The notes beneath the pieces were generated by a model that saw nothing but the letters and a program-made list of their open reading frames with translations, did not search any database and was not told the DNA's origin. A stretch of 64,000 bases of DNA from Gemmatimonadota bacterium. Lineage in GTDB: Bacteria > Gemmatimonadota > Gemmatimonadetes > Gemmatimonadales > GWC2-71-9. Each line of letters starts with the position of its first letter. Position 1 is the stretch's first letter. The translations under genes were made by a program, and so were the position numbers. Of the stretch, positions 43,140 through 53,193 are shown one piece after another. The stretch is from the NCBI GenBank assembly GCA_003220935.1, contig QHTT01000072.1:577-64576 (forward strand). Reading direction: 5' to 3'.

Positions 43140-43496
43140 CCGCGGCGCGTGCATGTCATCGACACCTTCGTTTCCGCCGATTCGCCACTGGAGCTGCCGA
43201 ACTTCGCGGTGGCACCGATCGGCCAGGGCGTGGTCGCACGGGCGCTCGACAACTCGTCCATCACACCTCCCGCCTACGTCGATTCGCTCGTCCAAGTCGC
43301 CCGTGCGCGGGGTGTGAAGCTTCAGGTCGGCACCACCAACGGGGGCAACGATGGCTCCGTGTTCACGCCGTACGGCGTCGTCGACGTCGCCATGGGCTGG
43401 CCGCTCCGCTACTCCCGCTCTCCCGCCGAGGTCGTGGACTTGCGCGATGTCGTGAGCCTCGCCGACATGATCCAGGCGGTGGGCGAGACCTGGTGA
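43140..43496 (+). pseudogene. C-terminal fragment of an M42/M28-type metallopeptidase
   Basis: VIDTFVSADSP, GGNDG, GWPLRYSRSPAEVVD (typical motif RYxHSPxE). Only ~118 aa, with no N-terminal part. Confidence 0.65.
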
Positions 43497-45103
43497 GAGC
43501 ACTGGTGTCGGTCTCGGACAAGCGGGGCGTCGTTGAGTTTGCTCGCGAGCTCGCGGCCCTCGGGTGCGAGATCGTGTCCACCGGCGGCACGGCGGACACG
43601 CTGCGCAAGGCTGGGGTACCGGTGACCCCCATCGAACAGGTCACCGGGTTCCCCGAGATGATGGACGGGCGGGTGAAGACGCTGCACCCCAAGGTGCACG
43701 GCGGCCTGCTGGCGCGGCGCGGTCATGCCGGCGACCGGGCGGCACTCCAGCAGCACGGCATCACGCCGATCGATCTCGTGGCGGTCAATCTCTACCCGTT
43801 TCGCGAAACGATCGCGCGGCCGGGCGTGACGTTCGAGCAGGCGATCGAGCAGATCGACATCGGCGGCCCGTCGATGCTGCGCTCGGCCGCGAAGAATCAC
43901 CAGGATGTCATCGTCGTCGTCGACCCGGATGATTATCCGGTCGTGCTCTCCGCGCTCAAGTCGGGCGCCGTAGCCCCGGGCGTCAGCCCGGGGACAGCCG
44001 GCGTCAGCCCGGGGATAGCCGGCGTCAGCCCGGGGATAGCCGGCGTCAGCCCCGAGCTGAGGCGGGAGCTCGCCGCCAAGGTCTTCGCCCACACCGCCGC
44101 ATACGACGCGGCCATTCACGGCTATCTGGTCCGGGACCGCCCCGGCTGGCCCGAGCGGATCACGCTGGCGCTGGAGCGCCGCCAGGAGCTACGCTACGGA
44201 GAGAATCCCCACCAGGCGGCGGCGCTGTACGCCGTCGACGAGCCCGGCATCCGCGACGTGGAGCAGCTGCACGGCAAGGAGCTCTCGTTCAACAACCTGC
44301 TCGACGTGGACGCCGCGCTCGCGGCGGTGGCGCCGTGGAGCGGCTCCGACCGCGCGGCGTGCGCCATCATCAAACACACCACCCCGTGCGGCATCGCCCT
44401 GGGCCCGGTCCCTGCCGCAGCATACGAGCGCGCACTCGCGACGGACCGCACGTCGGCCTTCGGGTCGGTGATCGCGTTCAATGCGGGGGTGGACCGCGCC
44501 GCCGCCGAGGCGATGCGTGAGCTGTTCGTCGAGGTGGTGGTCGCGCCCGCATTCCGGGATGACGCGTTGGGCGTATTGCGAGAGAAGAAGAACCTGCGTG
44601 TCCTCCGGCTCGCCGCCGATCCGGACCCGCCGGGCTGGGACTTCAAGCGGATCCGCGGCGGCTTCCTCGTCCAGGAGCGTTCCCGACCGGCCCGGGCGGC
44701 GGCCGAGGTGGAATGGAAAGTCGTCACGCGGCGCTCTCCCACCGAGGCGGAATGGACCGACCTGCGGTTCGCCTGGGCGGCCGTCGGGACAGTCAAGTCG
44801 AACGCGATCCTGCTCGCCCAGCGCGAGGCCGCGATCGGCATCGGCGCCGGGCAGATGTCGCGGGTGGATGCCTCGTTTCTCGCGGTCCACAAGGCGCGCC
44901 AGCAAGGCCACGATCCGGCTGGTGCAGTGTTAGCTTCCGACGCGTTCTTTCCGTTCGCAGACGGGGTAGAAGAGGCAGCCCGCGCCGGGGTGCGCGCGAT
45001 TATCCAGCCCGGCGGCTCGGTCAACGACGCCGAGGTGATCGCGGCCGCCGATCGGCACGGGCTAGCGATGGTGGTCACGGGCGTCCGGCAGTTCCGGCAC
45101 TAA
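43493..45103 (+). CDS. purH: Bifunctional AICAR formyltransferase/IMP cyclohydrolase
   Basis: ALVSVSDK, GRVKTLHP, IDIGGP, RYGENPHQ, SDAFFPF, RQFRH; GTG start. Confidence 0.97.
   Translation: MRALVSVSDKRGVVEFARELAALGCEIVSTGGTADTLRKAGVPVTPIEQVTGFPEMMDGRVKTLHPKVHGGLLARRGHAGDRAALQQHGITPIDLVAVNLYPFRETIARPGVTFEQAIEQIDIGGPSMLRSAAKNHQDVIVVVDPDDYPVVLSALKSGAVAPGVSPGTAGVSPGIAGVSPGIAGVSPELRRELAAKVFAHTAAYDAAIHGYLVRDRPGWPERITLALERRQELRYGENPHQAAALYAVDEPGIRDVEQLHGKELSFNNLLDVDAALAAVAPWSGSDRAACAIIKHTTPCGIALGPVPAAAYERALATDRTSAFGSVIAFNAGVDRAAAEAMRELFVEVVVAPAFRDDALGVLREKKNLRVLRLAADPDPPGWDFKRIRGGFLVQERSRPARAAAEVEWKVVTRRSPTEAEWTDLRFAWAAVGTVKSNAILLAQREAAIGIGAGQMSRVDASFLAVHKARQQGHDPAGAVLASDAFFPFADGVEEAARAGVRAIIQPGGSVNDAEVIAAADRHGLAMVVTGVRQFRH
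43971..44053 (+). repeat. 21-bp tandem repeat x3.5, in frame in purH
   Basis: ggcgtcagcccgggga(c/t)agcc units encode GVSPG(T/I)A. Confidence 0.9.
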
Positions 45104-45107
45104 CCAC

Positions 45108-47225
45108 ATGACGAGCATGCGCGACCAACTCACGCCGTACACCGACGCCGGGCGCCCTCCCTATGTCGCCGCACTGGTCGTCGCTCTGGGCGCGCTGATC
45201 CTTTACATCGTGACGCTCGCGCCGACGACGCAGTTCTGGGACGCGTCGGAGTACATCACCGCCGTGCACGCATTCGGCATTCCCCATCCTCCCGGGAACC
45301 CGCTTTTCATCCTACTGGCGCACGCGTGGGGACTGCTCCCACTCGGCGCCGACTACGCGCGGCGCATCAACCTGCTCGCCGCAGCGACGAGCGCGGCGGC
45401 CGCAGGGTTCTGGTTCCTGATCGCGGAGCGCTGGTTGCGCCCGATCGTGTCACCCACGTGGCCGCGGCGCCTCAGCGCGGCTGCGGGGGTGATGGTCAGC
45501 GCGACGACGTTCACGGTGTGGAACCAGTCGGTGGTGAACGAAAAGGTGTATACGGTGAGCGTCCTCTCGATCGCGCTCGTGCTGTGGCTCGCGGTGCGCT
45601 GGGCCGATCAACCCGCCGCGGCCCGGCGCGACCACCAGCTCGTGCTGATCGTGTACCTGCTCGCGCTCACGGCAACGAACCACCTCATGGGAGTGCTCGC
45701 CGCGCCCGCCCTGCTGGTCTACGTCCTGGTGACCGATCCGCGCGCCCTGGTGCGGCCCCGCTTCCTCATCGCGGCGGCCCTCGTCGCGGCGGTGGGGACC
45801 AGCGTCGACCTCTTCATGCCGATCCGCGCGCACTTCGATCCCTACCTGAACGAGGGCGAGCCGACCACGTGGCAGGCCCTCCAGGCCGTCCTTGCACGCG
45901 CGCAGTTCGGAAAGCCATCGGTGTTCGCTAATCCCATGTATCCGCCCGGCCCGGACAACCCCGGCCACACGCTCGTCCTCTACGGACAGCAGCTCCTGAA
46001 CTACCTGCAGTACTTCACATGGCAGTTCGGCCACGACTGGGACGCGGCGGTGCAGCGCTTCCTGGCGCTGGCCTTCGCGGCGCTCGGCCTGGCGGGCGCC
46101 CGGCGGCAGTGGCGCGCCGAGCGTCGTGCCGCGCTCGCGATGACCACGCTCGTCATCAGCGACTATTTCTTCATCGCGTCGTTTGCGCTGTGGGGGATCT
46201 GGGTGGGAATGGGCCTCGCAGCGCTGATGGAGTGGCTCCAGAGCGGCCTGAGCGCCCGCGAGCCGAACGCCGCGCGGCGCTGGGCGGTGTGCACGCCCGT
46301 CCTGCTCGTCGCGCTCGTGCCGCTGCTCGGCAATCGCCTCACCGCCTCGCGCGCGGGCGAGACGATGGCCCGTGACTATGCCCGCGATGTGCTGCAGTCG
46401 CTCGACCCCTACGCGCTCGTGGTTACGGCCGGCGACAACGATACGTTCCCATTGTGGTATGCGCAGGAAGTGGAGGGTGTACGCCGGGACGTGAACGTGC
46501 TCGTGTTGTCGCTCGCCAACACCGACTGGTATCTGCGCCAGTTGCAGCGCCGGCCTCCCCCGATCTTCGACCCCCGGTCTGCCCCCGCCCTGTACGGCAA
46601 CCGGAACTGGCCGCGGCCGACGACGCCGTGGATGAGCCGATACTATTTGCGTGAGCCCGCGGACACCCTCCCGCCGTACGCCCCCCTCGCGCAGCCGATC
46701 ACGGGCTACCTCGGGCCGATTGAGGTCACGGTCGACCCCCGCGCTTTGGGGCGTCCCTACCTGGAGCGCTCCGACCTGGCGGTGCTACAGATCATTAAGG
46801 ATCAGCTGGGCAAGCGCCCCATTTACTTCTCCACCTCCACGGGGAACTACGCGGACCAGTTGGGGCTTTCCCCCTATCTGCTGGGCGAAGGGTTGGTGCG
46901 TCGCGTGGTGCCCCGGACGGTCACGCCGAGCGACACCGTGCGGCTCGTGCCGGGCCGAGGGTTCGTGAACATACCGCGGACGCGCGCGTTGGCGTTCGAT
47001 GTGTACTCGGGGGGTGAGACCGCGGCTCGCCCCCGGCCGCGCGGCTGGGTGGACGTCCCGTCGCAGAGCAACCTGTTCGGCTACGCCTTCGTGTACGATA
47101 CGATCGCGGCGGTGCTGCGGGAGCGAGAGCCGGCGCTGGCGCTCCGGGCGGGTGAGCTGCGCGACGCGATCCTCGCCAACACGACATACACGCTGCCCGC
47201 CGAGCGGCGCGCCGCCGGCAATTAA
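45108..47225 (+). CDS. DUF2723 (TMEM260-like, GT-C) membrane protein, paralog 1
   Basis: LAPTTQFWDASEY, GIPHPPGNPLF, GDNDTFPLWYAQEVEG. Confidence 0.88.
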   Translation: MTSMRDQLTPYTDAGRPPYVAALVVALGALILYIVTLAPTTQFWDASEYITAVHAFGIPHPPGNPLFILLAHAWGLLPLGADYARRINLLAAATSAAAAGFWFLIAERWLRPIVSPTWPRRLSAAAGVMVSATTFTVWNQSVVNEKVYTVSVLSIALVLWLAVRWADQPAAARRDHQLVLIVYLLALTATNHLMGVLAAPALLVYVLVTDPRALVRPRFLIAAALVAAVGTSVDLFMPIRAHFDPYLNEGEPTTWQALQAVLARAQFGKPSVFANPMYPPGPDNPGHTLVLYGQQLLNYLQYFTWQFGHDWDAAVQRFLALAFAALGLAGARRQWRAERRAALAMTTLVISDYFFIASFALWGIWVGMGLAALMEWLQSGLSAREPNAARRWAVCTPVLLVALVPLLGNRLTASRAGETMARDYARDVLQSLDPYALVVTAGDNDTFPLWYAQEVEGVRRDVNVLVLSLANTDWYLRQLQRRPPPIFDPRSAPALYGNRNWPRPTTPWMSRYYLREPADTLPPYAPLAQPITGYLGPIEVTVDPRALGRPYLERSDLAVLQIIKDQLGKRPIYFSTSTGNYADQLGLSPYLLGEGLVRRVVPRTVTPSDTVRLVPGRGFVNIPRTRALAFDVYSGGETAARPRPRGWVDVPSQSNLFGYAFVYDTIAAVLREREPALALRAGELRDAILANTTYTLPAERRAAGN

Positions 47226-47238
47226 CTATAGGACGAGC

Positions 47239-49596
47239 ATGAGCCACGCAGGGCAAGCGGTGAAGATCCCGGTGACCGAGCGGGTGGTCGCTGCGTCGGC
47301 CGTCGTCGGAGAGGGGCGGGCGCCCGAAGCCCCGCCGTACCTCATGGCCGGGCTAGTGTCGCTCGGCGCCTTGGTTCTCTACGTCATGACGCTGGCGCCG
47401 ACGACGCAGTTCTGGGACACCTCCGAGTACATCGCCGCGGCGTACGTGCTGGGCATCCCGCATCCACCCGGCAACCCGCTGTTCACGATCCTGGCACACG
47501 TCTGGGGCCTGCTGCCGCTGGCGGCGGGGTACGCGATGCGGATCAACCTCCTCGCGGCAGTCACGAGCGCGGTCGCCGCGGGGTGCTGGTTCCTGGTGGG
47601 CGAGCGCTTGATGCGGGCGTGGGTCCCGGCGACGTGGCCGCGGCGGCTCGCCGCGCTGGCGGGCGCGATCTGCTCGGCGACCGCGTTCACCGTGTGGAAC
47701 CAGTCGGTCGTGAACGAGAAGGTGTACACCCTGTCGCTGCTCTCGGTTGCCCTGGTGCTGTGGCTGATCCTGCGCTGGGACGACCAGCCCCCCGGCGAAG
47801 CACACGACCATCACCTGCTGTTGATCGTGTACCTGCTGGCCCTCACCGCGACCAACCACATGATGGGCGTGTTGGTCGGGCCGGTCGTGGTGGTCCTGCT
47901 GCTGCCGTCGCTCAAGGCGCAGCGCCCGCCGGACGACGAGTCGCGCCGGGTGGAGTGGTCCCAGTGGTTCCTGTTCTGCAGCGTGTACGCCATGATCGTG
48001 GCCACGGGCCTCGAGAACGCGGCACCCCTGAAGGCCGCCGTCGTGCTGTTCCTCGCCGCGCTCGGCAATGCCCTGTTCCGCGCCCGGAACTGGGATTTCG
48101 CGCTCGCAGTGCTCGTCGTCGCGGTCGCAGGCATCTCGGTCTACCTGTTCCTGCCAATCCGCGCCGGGCACTTCCCGCCGATCAACGAAGGGGAGCCGAC
48201 CAACTGGCAGGCCTTCTGGGACGTGCTCACGCGCCAGCAGTACGGCAAGCCGCCCGTGAGCCAGCGGCAGGCGACGATCACGGCGCAGATCGGGATGTGG
48301 GTCCAATACTTCGGCTGGCAATGGGCCCACGACTGGGTAGGCGGCTTGCAGCGCGGGCTCGCCGTCGTGTTCCTCTCGCTCGGCCTGCTCGGCGCCTGGC
48401 GGCACTGGCGCGCGGACCGTCGCGCCGCGCTCGCGATGACTGCACTCATGGTCACGTTCACGCTGCTGCTCATCTTTTACCTCAACTTCAAGTACGGTTA
48501 CTCGCAGCTGCTCGACCGGTCGCAGCTGGCACGCGAGGTCCGCGAGCGCGATTACTTCTTCATCACGTCGTTCGCGCTGTGGGGCGTCTGGGTGGGCTTG
48601 GGGCTCGCGACGCTGATGGAGTGGGCGGCGGAGTGGCTCGAAGACCGCGAGCCAGACCCCGAGCGCCGCTGGCGCTTCGCCACCCCCCTGCTGTTGCTCG
48701 CGCTGATCCCGCTCGCCGGCAACCGGCTCACCGCATCGCGCGCGGGCGAGACGCTGGCGCGGGACTTCGCGTCCGATATCCTCCAGTCGGCGGAGCCGTA
48801 CGGCATCCTCGTCACTGCGGGCGACAACGACACCTTCCCCCTGTGGTACGCGCAGGAGGTCGAAGGCATCCGTAAAGACGTCACCGTGGTGAACCTGTCG
48901 CTCGCCAACACCGACTGGTACCTGCGCCAGCTGCAGCGCCGGCCGATCTACGAGTTCGACGCCGACAAGGCGCCCGCGATCTACCGCGGGCGGACCTGGC
49001 CCAAGCCGACCGGGAAGCTGCTCAGCTTCAGCGACACGCAGCTCGACGGGCTGCAGCCCGTGTACTTCTTGGAGAAGAAGACCACCGTCAGCCTGGGCGG
49101 CATCGGCGTCACGCTCGATCCGGCGCAGCTCGGTCGCCAGTATCTCGAGAAGGCGGACGTGATCACGCTGCAGGCGATCCGAGACCAGCTGGGAAAGCGG
49201 CCCATATACTTTTCGCGCACCGTCGGGCCCTACGCCGACCAGTTCGGCCTCACGTCGTACCTCGAGGGCCAGGGGTTCGTGCGCAAGCTGCACCAGGACC
49301 CGATCACGGAGTCGGACAGCATCAAGGCGATCTCCGGACTCGGCTACGTGAACATCCCGCGCACCGAGGCGCTCGCGTTCCAGGTGTACCACGGCGACAC
49401 CGCGGGGCGCCCGCGGCCGCGCGGTTGGGTCGACCGGCCATCCGAGGGGATCCTCGCGACCTACGGCATCGTGTACCAGGGACTGGCCCAGGTGCTGCAG
49501 AAGCAGAAGCCGCAGGAAGCAGCCAAGGCGCTGGTGCTGGCGGATTCGATCTTCAAGAACACCAGCTACGGGTTCGTCCCGCCGCCGGAGCGTTGA
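47239..49596 (+). CDS. DUF2723 (TMEM260-like, GT-C) membrane protein, paralog 2
   Basis: Same motifs plus REVRERDYFF; start ATG 47239. Confidence 0.9.
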   Translation: MSHAGQAVKIPVTERVVAASAVVGEGRAPEAPPYLMAGLVSLGALVLYVMTLAPTTQFWDTSEYIAAAYVLGIPHPPGNPLFTILAHVWGLLPLAAGYAMRINLLAAVTSAVAAGCWFLVGERLMRAWVPATWPRRLAALAGAICSATAFTVWNQSVVNEKVYTLSLLSVALVLWLILRWDDQPPGEAHDHHLLLIVYLLALTATNHMMGVLVGPVVVVLLLPSLKAQRPPDDESRRVEWSQWFLFCSVYAMIVATGLENAAPLKAAVVLFLAALGNALFRARNWDFALAVLVVAVAGISVYLFLPIRAGHFPPINEGEPTNWQAFWDVLTRQQYGKPPVSQRQATITAQIGMWVQYFGWQWAHDWVGGLQRGLAVVFLSLGLLGAWRHWRADRRAALAMTALMVTFTLLLIFYLNFKYGYSQLLDRSQLAREVRERDYFFITSFALWGVWVGLGLATLMEWAAEWLEDREPDPERRWRFATPLLLLALIPLAGNRLTASRAGETLARDFASDILQSAEPYGILVTAGDNDTFPLWYAQEVEGIRKDVTVVNLSLANTDWYLRQLQRRPIYEFDADKAPAIYRGRTWPKPTGKLLSFSDTQLDGLQPVYFLEKKTTVSLGGIGVTLDPAQLGRQYLEKADVITLQAIRDQLGKRPIYFSRTVGPYADQFGLTSYLEGQGFVRKLHQDPITESDSIKAISGLGYVNIPRTEALAFQVYHGDTAGRPRPRGWVDRPSEGILATYGIVYQGLAQVLQKQKPQEAAKALVLADSIFKNTSYGFVPPPER

Positions 49597-49763
49597 CCGG
49601 CGCACCACTCCCTTGAGGTGGGGGGGCGTTTCCCCACCTGCCCTGTCGCCATTCGCGTGAGGGGCCGATGCGGGAGGGATTCGGGACCGTTACCCCGACG
49701 TGCCGGTCGCCATCCTCGGAGGGATTACGACCCCACACGACTCCCTGTACCCAGGCGCAAACG

Positions 49764-50072
49764 ATGACCACCCAGCAGGCGAACGGCGTTGTTAAGCAAG
49801 TCGAGGCGGCGTTGGCGGCGAGCCAGGAGTCCTTGCCCAAGGGCTTTGCTTGCCACGCAGTGGCCTGCCGGATTGCGGAATCCTACGAGAATGACGCCGA
49901 CGGCACGTCCGGGTTCTGGATCGCCCGACCGCGCTGGACTGTCGAGGGGCGTCCGGCCGCTCGGGCTGTGTTCGAAGTGGTGCGGGCGGATGGCAGCAGG
50001 GGCGTGTGGGATGCGTTAACGCGGGAGGAAGGCGAGGTGCTTGCCGACGTTCTGACGGACCTCTCGTTGTAA
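49764..50072 (+). CDS. Hypothetical protein (~102 aa)
   Basis: ORF from MTTQQANG; no recognisable motif. Confidence 0.45.
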   Translation: MTTQQANGVVKQVEAALAASQESLPKGFACHAVACRIAESYENDADGTSGFWIARPRWTVEGRPAARAVFEVVRADGSRGVWDALTREEGEVLADVLTDLSL

Positions 50073-50095
50073 CCCACCGAGCCTTAAAGTGATCG

Positions 50096-50776
50096 CTAGT
50101 CTTGGGTGAAGGCCGAGCGCACGCGCTCGCCTTCCATGAGGAAGTCGTCGAACGCGTCCGGAGTCGGAAGCGCCGCGTTGCGCCACCACATGAGCTCGTT
50201 ACCGGCGCCGCAGACATGCTGCTCGGCGAACTGCTCGAAGCGTTGGCGGCGGGCGGGGGTGAACAGGGCCCGCACCGCGCCCTCGTCGGCGCCCCGCAGG
50301 CGGTAGGAGCGGGAGAAGGCGGGCGAATCGTCGAAGTCGATGTCCTGCCCGCCGAAGTAAGCCGCCAGTTTATCCCACCATCCCTCGGGGGCGAGGAAGA
50401 ACTGCGGCAGGGAGCGCTGCAGGGTCCACAGCAGAGCGCCGATGCGGTGCGATCGCGAGCTCTTGCCCGAGCCCGTCGTCCAGCGATACTCGAAGGCGGT
50501 GAAGGATGTGCCGCCGCTCGTTCCGGCGATCGTGAAGGTCCAGCGGCGGCCGCGTCCCTCCGTGAACAGCCTGCACGTCGCCGCGTGATGCGCCTCCTCG
50601 CCGGGACGCTCCGAGTCGAAGCGGTAGCCGCGTTCCAAGCAGAACGCCTCGTACGTCCGGCGGCGGCGCCGCGTGAGGAGCCAGTTGACGAGCGCCACGC
50701 CACCGGCGACCACAGCCACACCGCCGAACACGACGAGCGTGACGATCCCATCGTCCGACAGCCGTAGCATGATCAC
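50096..50776 (-). CDS. Hypothetical membrane-anchored protein
   Basis: N-terminal TM helix; LPQFFLAPE, GQDIDFDDSPAFSRSYRLRG. Confidence 0.7.
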   Translation of the reverse strand: MIMLRLSDDGIVTLVVFGGVAVVAGGVALVNWLLTRRRRRTYEAFCLERGYRFDSERPGEEAHHAATCRLFTEGRGRRWTFTIAGTSGGTSFTAFEYRWTTGSGKSSRSHRIGALLWTLQRSLPQFFLAPEGWWDKLAAYFGGQDIDFDDSPAFSRSYRLRGADEGAVRALFTPARRQRFEQFAEQHVCGAGNELMWWRNAALPTPDAFDDFLMEGERVRSAFTQD

Positions 50777-50914
50777 CGAGCGACTCTAGCTAATGGCGTC
50801 CGGGGGCGCGAGCAGTGATTCCGGGGCGCCGGCCGCGTCTGTGGTCGCACGCGCTCCTGAGCCCCCGCTGTCGCGGGCTCGCCGGCGTACGTAGGTTCAA
50901 GCATACCGTAGTTG

Positions 50915-50998
50915 GGAGGGCTAGACCTAACTGGTAAGGCGGCGGTCTTGAAAACCGCTGGGCGCAAGCCCGTACAGGTTCGAGTCCTGTGCCCTCCG
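50915..50998 (+). tRNA. tRNA-Ser(TGA); CCA not encoded
   Basis: GGAGGGC...GCGGT-CT-TGA-AA-ACCGC, long variable arm GGGC-GCAA-GCCC, GTTCGAGTCC, GCCCTCC-G. Confidence 0.92.
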
Positions 50999-51002
50999 CT
51001 CG

Positions 51003-53084
51003 TCATTGCCGCCCCGGTGGGAGCGCAAAGGCCACGTAGCTCGCAGGTGCCTGCTGCGTTCGCGACTTGCCGCTACTCGCCGCGATCACGACGAATTGCC
51101 GCCCGTTGACCTCGTAGGTTGCGGGCGTCGCGTTCCCCGAGGCCGGCAGCGTCGTCTGCCACAACAGCTCGCCGGTGGCCTTGTCGAACGCGCGCAACTT
51201 GCCGTCATAGTTCGTCGCCCCGATGAACACCAGGCCGCCCGCCGTGACGACCGGACCGCCGTAATTCTCGCATCCGGTGTTCGTCATCCCCTGGGCCGCC
51301 AGCTCGCGATACTCGCCCAGTGGGATCTTCCAGAGATACTTGCCCGTATTGAGGTCGATGGCGCTGAGCGTGCCCCACGGCGGCTTCACGGCGGGATATC
51401 CATCAGGATCGAGAAACCTGTCGATCTGGGAGCGGTACTTTTGGTCGATCGGCGAGCTCACCCCCTGTCCCCCTCTCCTTTCGGGAGAGGGGGGACGCTC
51501 CGAGTTCCCCCTCTCCGGAACGGAGAGGGGGCCAGGGGGTGAGGACAGGATGTACCGCTGGATCGCCGACAACGCATCCGAGCCGAGCCGCGCGAAGCCC
51601 GGCATCCGCCCGCTCCCGTCCGAGATGACCGCATGGACCTCGGGCGTCGTGAGTCGGTCCGTCAGATCGAGCAACGACGGGTAGGTCGGCGGTGTCCCCT
51701 TCTTGTCCATGCCGTGACAGCCCGCGCATTCCCTCGTGTACAGCTCCCTGCCGCTGACCGCGCCTGTCGCGGGAGGGCGCTCCACCAGAGCGACGATCCA
51801 CGCCATCTCGTTCGCGTTGACATACAGCACCGACGTCTCGGGATCGAAGGCCGCGCCGCCCCATTCCGCCCCGCCGTCCAAGCCGGGGAACACGATCGTG
51901 CCCTGCAGGCTCGCCGGGACGAACTGACCGCCGCTCCGCACCGCTCGGAATCGCTCCAGCACCGCGCGATGTGCCTCCGGCGTACGATCGGTGAGCATGT
52001 CCTCGGTCAGTCGCTGGCGCGCGAACGGTTCTGGGACGAGCGGGAGCGGCTGAGAATCGGCGGCCACCTCACCCTCGACGTCCGACGGCGGGTACCTCCG
52101 GTATTGGATCGGAAAGAGCAGCTTGCCGGTTTCGCGCTCGAACACGAACACGTGGCCCGACTTGGTGATCTGCGCGACCGCGTCGATCCGGCGACCGTTG
52201 CGACGCAAGCTCACCAGATTCGCGGGCGCCGGCAGGTCTCGATCCCAGATGTCGTGCCGGACGAACTGAAAATGCCACACGCGTTCGCCGGTCTCCGCTT
52301 TGAGCGCGAGGAGCGAGTTGGCGAACAGGTCGTCCCCCACGCGATTGGCACCGTAGTAGTCGTCGGCCGCCGAGCCCGTGGGCACGAACACGAGGCCGCG
52401 CTTCACGTCGAGCGACATCCCGGCCCAGTTGTTCGCGGCGCCGGTATACGTCCACGCGCCCTTCGGCCATGTGTCGTACCCGAACTCCCCGGGCCGCGGA
52501 ACGGTGTGGAAGGTCCAGCGCAACGCCCCGGTTCTCACATCATAGGCCCGCACGTCGCCCGGCGGCGTAGGGAGGCTCTCGGCCGTGCGGCTCCCGAGGA
52601 TGAGCAGGTCTTTGTAGACGATACCGGGCGTCCCCAGTGACACCATGAGCTTTTCGCCGGGCCGGAGACCGTCTCGCATATCGATGCGCCCGCCATGACC
52701 GAACGTGCTAATCGGACGCCCCGTCTTCGCGTCCAGGGCATAGAGGAACTGCTGCACTCCGATGAAGATCCGTTGGTCCGGGCCGTCGCCCCAATAGGTA
52801 ACGCCGCGGACCCGGCCGCCTTCTCCGCGCACCTTGCGGCCGTGGTACGGGTCGAAGCGCCACAGCAGCTCGCCGGTGCTGTCGCTGGCATCGAACGTCC
52901 ATGCCACCTGGAGGTGCGTGACGTTCGCGCGGTTGATCTGCGTGAGGGACGAGTACCGCATACTTTCGGGTCCGCCTCCATACAGCGGCCATTCCACGGG
53001 CCGGTCCGCCGTCCGTCGGCGCGTCGAGGATTGGGCGGCCACCGTCGCAACGACCGCGAAGAGCACGGCCTGTTGGAGTCGCAT
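51003..53084 (-). CDS. PQQ-dependent dehydrogenase with a cytochrome c domain
   Basis: [55 protein letters not shown]. Confidence 0.88.
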   Translation of the reverse strand: MRLQQAVLFAVVATVAAQSSTRRRTADRPVEWPLYGGGPESMRYSSLTQINRANVTHLQVAWTFDASDSTGELLWRFDPYHGRKVRGEGGRVRGVTYWGDGPDQRIFIGVQQFLYALDAKTGRPISTFGHGGRIDMRDGLRPGEKLMVSLGTPGIVYKDLLILGSRTAESLPTPPGDVRAYDVRTGALRWTFHTVPRPGEFGYDTWPKGAWTYTGAANNWAGMSLDVKRGLVFVPTGSAADDYYGANRVGDDLFANSLLALKAETGERVWHFQFVRHDIWDRDLPAPANLVSLRRNGRRIDAVAQITKSGHVFVFERETGKLLFPIQYRRYPPSDVEGEVAADSQPLPLVPEPFARQRLTEDMLTDRTPEAHRAVLERFRAVRSGGQFVPASLQGTIVFPGLDGGAEWGGAAFDPETSVLYVNANEMAWIVALVERPPATGAVSGRELYTRECAGCHGMDKKGTPPTYPSLLDLTDRLTTPEVHAVISDGSGRMPGFARLGSDALSAIQRYILSSPPGPLSVPERGNSERPPSPERRGGQGVSSPIDQKYRSQIDRFLDPDGYPAVKPPWGTLSAIDLNTGKYLWKIPLGEYRELAAQGMTNTGCENYGGPVVTAGGLVFIGATNYDGKLRAFDKATGELLWQTTLPASGNATPATYEVNGRQFVVIAASSGKSRTQQAPASYVAFALPPGRQ
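51457..51543. repeat. CTCACCCC/CCCTCTCC-type palindromic repeat, in frame in the PQQ dehydrogenase
   Basis: ctcaccccctg..ccctctcc tttcg ggagaggg ... ccctctcc ggaac ggagaggg..cagggggtgag. Confidence 0.85.
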
Positions 53085-53193
53085 GGCGTTCGGTAGAGTA
53101 TGAGCTGCGCCCGCTCCTCGGAAGAGGAGCACCAGCGCCGCCTGGCGCTCGGTTGCGGTTACGAAGTCCCTGCCACGCGTTCCGCCTACGCTC

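Noticed and set aside
43085-43492. N-terminal extension of PurH (672-aa ORF)
   Set aside because: PurH homology starts at GTG 43493; the upstream DNA is the repeat plus a peptidase fragment in another frame.
43971-44053. CRISPR array
   Set aside because: Head-to-tail 21-bp units without spacers, in frame in purH; no cas genes.
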